Translations under genes and position numbers: made by a program
From: Octopus vulgaris
Taxonomy: Eukaryota
DNA length: 64,000 nt
Assembly: GCA_951406725.2 (NCBI GenBank)
Contig: OX597840.1
Span: forward strand, 6,448,001-6,512,000
Direction of reading: 5' to 3'
Shown: in pieces, positions 56,790 through 64,000 of the stretch
Layout: every line of letters starts with the position of its first letter
Numbering within the stretch: the first letter of the stretch is position 1
Notes under the pieces: model-generated
Seen by the model: the letters and a program-made list of their open reading frames with translations, nothing else
What the model was told of the DNA's origin: nothing
Database searches by the model: none

Positions 56790-57150
56790 TCTACAAGATG
56801 GCGTACTCAATCGCGTTGAGCGGAGATTGTCGAAGCGTATGTAAGAACGGGTTCTGTTTAAGCAAACGCGTGAAATTTTTGAAGACAAGTTTCCGGGGTA
56901 AAAACCTACCGGCAAAGAGAACAAAACAAATGTTGGTTAAGAAGCGGCACGCGTTGGGGTCAGTGCTCAATGCCCCAAAACAAAGGGATCCAGCAATTCG
57001 ATCGCCGGAAGTTATCAAGGACATTTACCAAAGAATTACTCGAAGTCCAAAGAAGTCAACATGTAGATTGACTCAGCAGTCTCGCATTAGCTGGAGGTCA
57101 TGCCAATGAGTGTTGAAAGGCTAAAGTTGAAGCATTTTCAAAATCTTCTA
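56790..57150 (+). mobile_element. Tc1/mariner-superfamily transposase N-terminal remnant
   Basis: Frameshifted MAYSIAL...LVKKRHALGSVLNAPK...ITRSPKKSTCRLTQQSRIS, an HTH region. Confidence 0.65.
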
Positions 57151-57455
57151 TAGCGATGAGTCCTCTCCAGCACTGATAAGTTTATTTCTATATTTATACT
57201 ATGCTACGGAATCTGGGTTACGTTTTGGTGCGCCGCTGTGTATAAGAAGAGGCTGTGTTTTATTTCTTAAAGGAGAAAGGGAAATGTAATAGAATGTTCA
57301 CCTCGTGGAACTTTGGGCAAGTGTCTTCTATATCTTTGGGCCGACAACCAAAGCCCAAAGCCTTGTCACCAGATTTGATTGACGGAAACTGCAAGAAGCC
57401 CGTGTATGCGTGTTTGTATGTGTGTGTGCACATGCATGTATATATATATATATAT

Positions 57456-57502
<47 letters not shown>

Positions 57503-57533
57503 TATATATAGATAGATAGATAGACAGACAGAC

Positions 57534-57605
<72 letters not shown>

Positions 57606-57615
57606 TATATTATAT

Positions 57616-57680
<65 letters not shown>

Positions 57681-58902
57681 GAGTGGCTGTGTGGTAAGTA
57701 GCTTGCTTACCGACCACATGGTTCTGGGTTCAGTCCCACTGCGTGGCACCTTGGGCAAGTGTCTTCTACTATAGCCTCGGACCGGCCAAAGCCTTGTGAG
57801 TGGATTTGGTAGACGGAAACTGAAAATAGCCCGTCGTATATATGCATATACATATACACATATGTGCGTGTGTGCGTGTGTGTGTGTGTATGTTTGTGTG
57901 TGTTTGTCCCCCCAACATCGCTTGACAGCCGATACTTGTGTGTTTAAGTTCCCGTAACCTAGCGGTTCGGCAAAAGACACCAATAGAATAAGTACTAGGC
58001 TTACAAAGAATAAGTCCTGGGGTCAATTTGCTCGACTAAAGGTGGTGCTCCAGCATGGCCACAGTCAAATGACTGAAACAAGTAAAAGAGTAAAAGATAT
58101 ATATATGTAGTAAAGATATATATATAGGCGCAGGAGTGGCTGTGTGGTAAGTTGCTTGCTAACCAGCCACATGGTTCCAGGTTCAGTCCCACTGCGTGAC
58201 ATCTTGGGCAAGTGTCTTCTGCTATAGCCCCGGGCCGACCAATGCCTTGTGAGTGGATTTGGTAGACGGAAACTGAAAGAAGCCTGTCGTATATATGTAT
58301 GTATATATATGTGTGTATATGTTTGTGTGTCTGTGTTTGTCCCCCTAGCATTGCTTGACAACCGATGCTGGTGTGTTTACGTCCCTGTCACTTAGCGGTT
58401 CGGCAAAAGAGACCGATAGAATAAGTACTGGGCTTACAAAGAATAAGTCCCGGGGTCGATTTGCTCGACTAAAGGCGGTGCTCCAGCATGGCCGCAGTCA
58501 AATGACTGAAACAAGTAAAAGAGAAAGAGAAAGAGAATGTGTGCATGTGTGTGTGTGTGTGTGTGTGTGTTTGTGTGTCTCTACGCTTGTCCTCTACTAC
58601 CGTTTGACAACCGGTGTTGGTTTATTTATGCCTCCGTAACTTAGCAATTCGGCAAAAGACACCGATAGGATAAGTACTAAGCTTTTTTTTTAAAAACGTA
58701 CTGTGGTCAATTTGTCCGATTAAGATTTCTCAAGGCAGTGCCCCAGACAGGGCGCAGTCCAATGACTTAGGCAAGAAAAAAACTGGGATGTTTTAGGCTG
58801 AAGTGACATTTATGTAGGTTTACTCGATCAGGGTCTGACCAAAGGGCTGAACGAAAACAAGATCAACAATAGCTAAAAGCAAGGAAAAGATCACGTGTAT
58901 AC

Positions 58903-59039
58903 CTTAGGGTAGGGTCACTCTGAACGAGCCCCATCAGCGTGTGTTCTGGTGGTATGAGGACTTTGTCAATGGTATGAATAACGCCGTTACCACTCTTTCG
59001 ATCAGAAGTCATCACTCTGGCATCGTCCACCATTATTCC
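58903..59039 (-). CDS. FAS1-domain protein exon
   Basis: Encodes GIMVDDARVMTSDRKSGNGVIHTIDKVLIPPEHTLMGLVQSDPTLS, with the FAS1 H2 motif NGVIHxIDKVL. Not shown in the ORF track. Confidence 0.92.
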
Positions 59040-59512
59040 CTGAAAATAGAAGACAGCAACATCAGAATTGCATATTTATATATGTGCGTAGATACATACT
59101 TACACACGTATCATCATAGGTGCATTAGGCTATGTATCTACAGATTTGCAAAAAAAAAAACTAGAAATACTCGCTTTCATGGAAAAAGAGCAAAAGATAA
59201 TGACACGGATTCTCCAAATCCAAGATATTAAGGGCACAGTGAAGATCTTTAAGACATTCCAAAAATTCTCCATGAGCGATTCTTATGGGAATAGATGCAA
59301 ACACGCGAGTATATGCGTCGACAGGCCAGAAACATGCGCCGATAGTTCAACCAACCCACCAACAGAACCACATGTTTACAAACACCGGGAACACTTTTAA
59401 CTCAAAAAGTTTTGCCACTTTATTAGCGACCGGCTTGAACTCTATACATACATACATACATAAATACATACATACATACATACATACATACATACATACA
59501 TACATACATACA

Positions 59513-59543
<31 letters not shown>

Positions 59544-59775
59544 TTATTTATAAAAAAGAAGTTTGAAAACGCCACTATTTAAGATAAATTTTAATTTTCT
59601 TAGAGGTTTTACATGTTTCGGTTCTTCTTGAAAAAACGAACCTTATCAAAAATATTTCAAAAAGTTAAGTGTAATAAAAAAGTTCATAATTGTTTCTTAC
59701 TGGTCTCAACAGAATCCACGTGGTGGTTTTTTGTGGGGAGTAAGCATAATAGCTGTCTTATGTATTCGAATAAAA

Positions 59776-59848
<73 letters not shown>

Positions 59849-60097
59849 TTATTTATTTATATATATATATAATATTAGGGAGTATAACTCCAAACTTACA
59901 GGGAAAAATTCAATTTAGTATTAAATCAAATTTCACAATATAAATATATAAAATATAAATTAGAGATAAAACCACTATTATGCAATTCAAATAGTGATAG
60001 TTTTATGTTTTAAAAAACATATTTTATTTTCTATTTATTATTTGGTTTATGTCTATCATTGTTTGAATTGCATAATAGTGGTTTTTCTCTAATTTAT

Positions 60098-60158
<61 letters not shown>

Positions 60159-60265
60159 TCGGGGTGAGTACTTGATAATTATAAGCACCTGTGTATACCG
60201 TTTGGTGGTGTAGGTGGTGGAGTAAATTGATCAAAATAAAATAAAAACATGATGCGAAGGATTCA

Positions 60266-60343
60266 GCGGTACATATGTTTCGGGCCTTTATTAGACAGAT
60301 TTATAACAATGCATAATGTATGTCTGTGGCCTTCTTCAGCCGC
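60266..60343 (-). ncRNA. type I hammerhead ribozyme motif (mirror copy in the palindrome)
   Basis: Exact reverse complement of 60601-60678; sense to the FAS1 pre-mRNA. Confidence 0.8.
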
Positions 60344-60600
60344 GCACAACAGCTTCCGCAAGGACATGTGTTACATCAAAAATTCTTGGTTGGGGATGCA
60401 AATCCTCTCATCCACGTACGACATAATGCGGCAGCAGCATAGAATTGAAGCGTCCATCTCTTTCTTCCCTCAAGAGGGAAGAAAGAGATGGACGCTTCAA
60501 TTCTATGCTGCTGCCGCATTATGTCGTACGTGGATGAGAGGATTTGCATCCCCAACCAAGAATTTTTGATGTAACACATGTCTTGCGGAAGCTGTTGTGC

Positions 60601-60678
60601 GCGGCTGAAGAAGGCCACAGACATACATTATGCATTGTTATAAATCTGTCTAATAAAGGCCCGAAACATATGTACCGC
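60601..60678 (+). ncRNA. type I hammerhead ribozyme motif (canonical core)
   Basis: GCGG-CTGAAGA-aGGCC[long loop]GGCCc-GAA-ACATATGT-A|CCGC. Stem I is GCGG/CCGC, stem III is palindromic, and the predicted cleavage triplet is GUA. Confidence 0.8.
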
Positions 60679-60716
60679 TGAATCCTTCGCATCATGTTTT
60701 TATTTTATTTTGATCA

Positions 60717-60754
<38 letters not shown>

Positions 60755-60968
60755 GTAATACAAATAAGGAAATGGAGAAACAAATTTAGTTTGTTCGTCA
60801 ACTTACGGCTATTATAATTTAAGATTATTTCTTCAGATTACAAATGAGAACATCAAAAGCATACAAAAATATTATATAAATCATTAGATAAGATAATAAT
60901 ACAGATTTTAAAAGTCTGGATAAATGATATCCCATAGTGGGTTACACCCATAACCACTATCTCACTTT

Positions 60969-61049
<81 letters not shown>

Positions 61050-61344
61050 GTATATATATATATATCACGTGACCGACCAGACCTTCAGATGTTGTTACAC
61101 ATCGCTGGTCACAATGCGTTCGCATCGTTTTAGCCTTCAAATGACGCCACCCCGCTGGCTAAGCGAGCAGGCCAACAGAAGAAAGAGTGGGAGAAAGAGT
61201 GGTGAAAGAGTACAGCAGGGATCACCACCATCCCTGCCGGAGCCTCGTGGAGGTTTTAGGTGTTTTCGCTCCCGGTCTGGGAATCGAAACTGCGATCCTG
61301 CGACCGCGAGTCCGCTGCCCTAACCACTGGGCCATTGCGCCTCC

Positions 61345-61427
<83 letters not shown>

Positions 61428-61502
61428 GACAGATAGATAGACAGACGGACAAATTGACAGACAGACAGACAGAGTAGGATTAAAACAATGGAGTATCCTT
61501 AC

Positions 61503-61669
61503 TTTTCGGTAGACGTTGACCTTTATCTTGACGGTGGACTTACTGGCATAGTCTTGCTGACCAACCATTTGGTCAGACATCACTTTTCCGTTCACCATGT
61601 GGTAGTTCACCAGCTTCTTCATCAGTTGTGGTCGTGTTCGGAGCGCTGACATGTATTCCGTGGAGAGTG
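61503..61669 (-). CDS. FAS1-domain protein exon
   Basis: Encodes LSTEYMSALRTRPQLMKKLVNYHMVNGKV...KIKVNVYRK, with the FAS1 YH motif. Splice sites are canonical and phases are consistent. Confidence 0.9.
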
Positions 61670-61805
61670 CTGTGTATAAGAGTATAGCAAATAGTTATGT
61701 GTATAGGTATGTGCGCGTATTTATATCTTTCTAGCATAACTATATATGCAAATACACACACATATAAACGATATCAAACATGCATACACAGCTACACACA
61801 CAAAT

Positions 61806-62160
61806 GCGATGTTTTTCTCAGTTCTGCTGGTTGCGGGTCTCCCAGAACGTTCGTTAATATCGGCATTTTTTCCATCTTGGAAACGTCTGAACCTCAAACA
61901 CTCCTCTCCAGACACTTTCTGCAACCTTGTGTAGGCCTCTGAGCAGGTATCTTTCTCTGTCAGGGTTACTGCGACGATCACACGCTACACACATTCGTTC
62001 CAGGCACTGCTGTAAACAGCGGAAGTGAGCTAGAACGTTAAAACTTAGTGCGCATGCACAGCAGAGTTCAAGGTCAATCTTTATCAAGCAGCTTAACTCT
62101 GCGTGCTTTTGCTTCGTTACTATGGCAATGGTCTTGATTCTCATTGATCAGACCTCATAT
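61806..62160 (-). mobile_element. mariner 5' remnant with TIR
   Basis: EAYTRLQKVSGEECL..FRRFQDG...ERSGRPATSRTEKNI; terminal TA-tgaggtctgatcaa. Confidence 0.7.
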
Positions 62161-62423
62161 ATAACCTACAGACTTCAGGAAACCGGGTTGCTGAACCTAT
62201 GGCTCGAGGAGAACCCTTGATCCTTTTTTATGTATGCTTGGACAGGAGAAAAGATAGGGGAGCAGACAGACAAGAATGCGTGTGATCTGTGTAGGAAAAG
62301 AAAGATGGGCGATGGTTACGTTTGAGCAACGAGAGAGTAAAAGAAGAAGAGTGAGAAAGAAAGAGGGACAGATGTAGACAACCAGAGCAACAATGATTAA
62401 GCCAAAGAGAATGATGTTCTTAC

Positions 62424-62561
62424 AATTAAATGCTTCATCTGTAGGAGCGAAAATGGTATAATCCTCTTCGCTTCTCATCGTGGTGGTTAAACCGGCCTTA
62501 TCAGAAATATCCAGAAATTTCTCCAGTTTCATGTCGGCGGCCAAGTCAACCATATCCTTCA
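62424..62561 (-). CDS. FAS1-domain (fasciclin/TGFBI/periostin-like) protein, internal exon; gene begins beyond the window end
   Basis: Encodes KDMVDLAADMKLEKFLDISDKAGLTTTMRSEEDYTIFAPTDEAFN, with the FAS1 H1 motif TxFAPTDEAF. Acceptor cattttag, donor GTAAGA. Confidence 0.92.
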
Positions 62562-62825
62562 CTAAAATGAAAAGAATTGAAATAAGAAACAAAATAAAAT
62601 GGAAACAGAAGGTGAGAATAAAATAAAATCTTTGAATATTAATTAAAGATTTACGATATTTCTAGCTATAATGAAGTAATAGCGTGATATGACCCATTGT
62701 GGACAGCAGAAGCGGTAACATCAGTACGGATTCGCTGTCTATGCGGGTGTGCGCGCGCAGACACAATTACACATATCTACACACACATACACACACGTAT
62801 GTATGTATGTGTGCATGTATGTATG

Positions 62826-62875
<50 letters not shown>

Positions 62876-62935
62876 CATATATATATATAAGTATATATAA
62901 GTATATATATATGTATATATATATATATGCATGTA

Positions 62936-62979
<44 letters not shown>

Positions 62980-63417
62980 CATACGCCGACAAGCCATGTA
63001 TAATAACAAAAGACGTAGATTACAATGTCTTTGAGATGGTGAGTAATATTTACTACGAGATACAGGTATCGGACACATGCACGCATGCGTGTGTGTGTCT
63101 GCATATTTTGCGTGAATTAGGAAACGCCGGTGAATGAAATTTTTGTAAACAGAATAAGCTTTCACCGTGTAGTGAGTATGGAGGATAGTCTAATATCAAG
63201 ACATATAAGCCACCGTAACACCCAAAAGGGGCATTAGTACGTGTGGGATCGAACGCACACCTCCCGACTTCATGTTTTCCCGCCAAAATTAATGCCGCGT
63301 GGGCAAAATTACTTGGGTGGAAAGTGAGGTCACTTTTCCTTTGTAGGGGTGGAAAATTTTCGCGCTGGCAGACCGCCTTAGTTCCTTTCCGTTACGCGTA
63401 GAGTACAGACGTGTAGT

Positions 63418-63474
<57 letters not shown>

Positions 63475-63659
63475 ATTTACAAAAAATAAACAAAAGACAT
63501 GGACGGGTGTGTAAACAACAAACAGGTGTATTAGTTTAACGCTCGGGAAGTGAGAAAGTCTTTTACGTTTCGAGCCTACGCTCTTAAACAGAAAGGGACA
63601 CAGAAATATACAGGGAGAGAAAAATAGAAATAGGTATAGTGGCTAGCGATCTATCATGG

Positions 63660-63694
<35 letters not shown>

Positions 63695-64000
63695 ATCAAT
63701 TTAGGGTAGCAAAAAATTCAATAGAAATTTATCGCTACCAGCGGTCTAGTGGGAAAGAGAAAATAGTCAAAGACTATATATATAAATTCAACAACAATTA
63801 TTAAGGAATGGCCTTAATAGGCCTGACTTAATTTAATTTAATTAAGCTGGTTTGCCATTAAAAACACTGAAACGATGCATCGTCTAAAGTTGAATTAGGG
63901 TAAATGTTTTTAAATTTTCACCTAATTTCTGAATTACTACTATTTAGCGGTTTGAGTCCTGGCTGCTTCTTCTAGTGGGCCGAATGGCCTATTAAGGCCA

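Larger units (their letters stand above)
60223..60721. repeat. near-perfect palindrome, ~249-bp arms, 2-nt loop
   Basis: Centre ...ttcttccctc-AA-gagggaagaa... at 60472-60473; one 1-nt indel seen between the arms. Confidence 0.95.

Overview
AT-rich, microsatellite-saturated animal genomic DNA. The SINE families and (TA)n/(TACA)n load suggest an octopus or other cephalopod (inference). Two intron-rich genes lie on the minus strand. One is a complete 9-exon K+-dependent Na+/Ca2+ exchanger (SLC24/NCKX family, 42009->2813, about 600 aa, with one GC-AG intron and one NAGNAG acceptor). The other is the last five coding exons of a multi-FAS1 (fasciclin/TGFBI/periostin-like) gene (62561->54831). Six tRNA-Gln(UUG) genes are present, five of them in a composite repeat array inside SLC24 intron 1. 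The rest is mobile DNA: tRNA-derived SINEs, RTE/CR1/Tx1/REL-type LINE fragments, Tc1/mariner fragments, non-autonomous Helitrons and a pogo-like MITE with an internal 179-bp satellite. The most striking unexplained structure is a set of more than 20 minimal hammerhead-ribozyme-like motifs in at least 7 sequence families. They sit in short units or long palindromes next to (TA)n tracts, have palindromic stem III, and recurrently carry non-canonical cores (CCGANGA, CUGUNGA, UUGAUAA). A decayed Penelope-like ORF is also present. Nearly all ORF-track entries are microsatellite noise.
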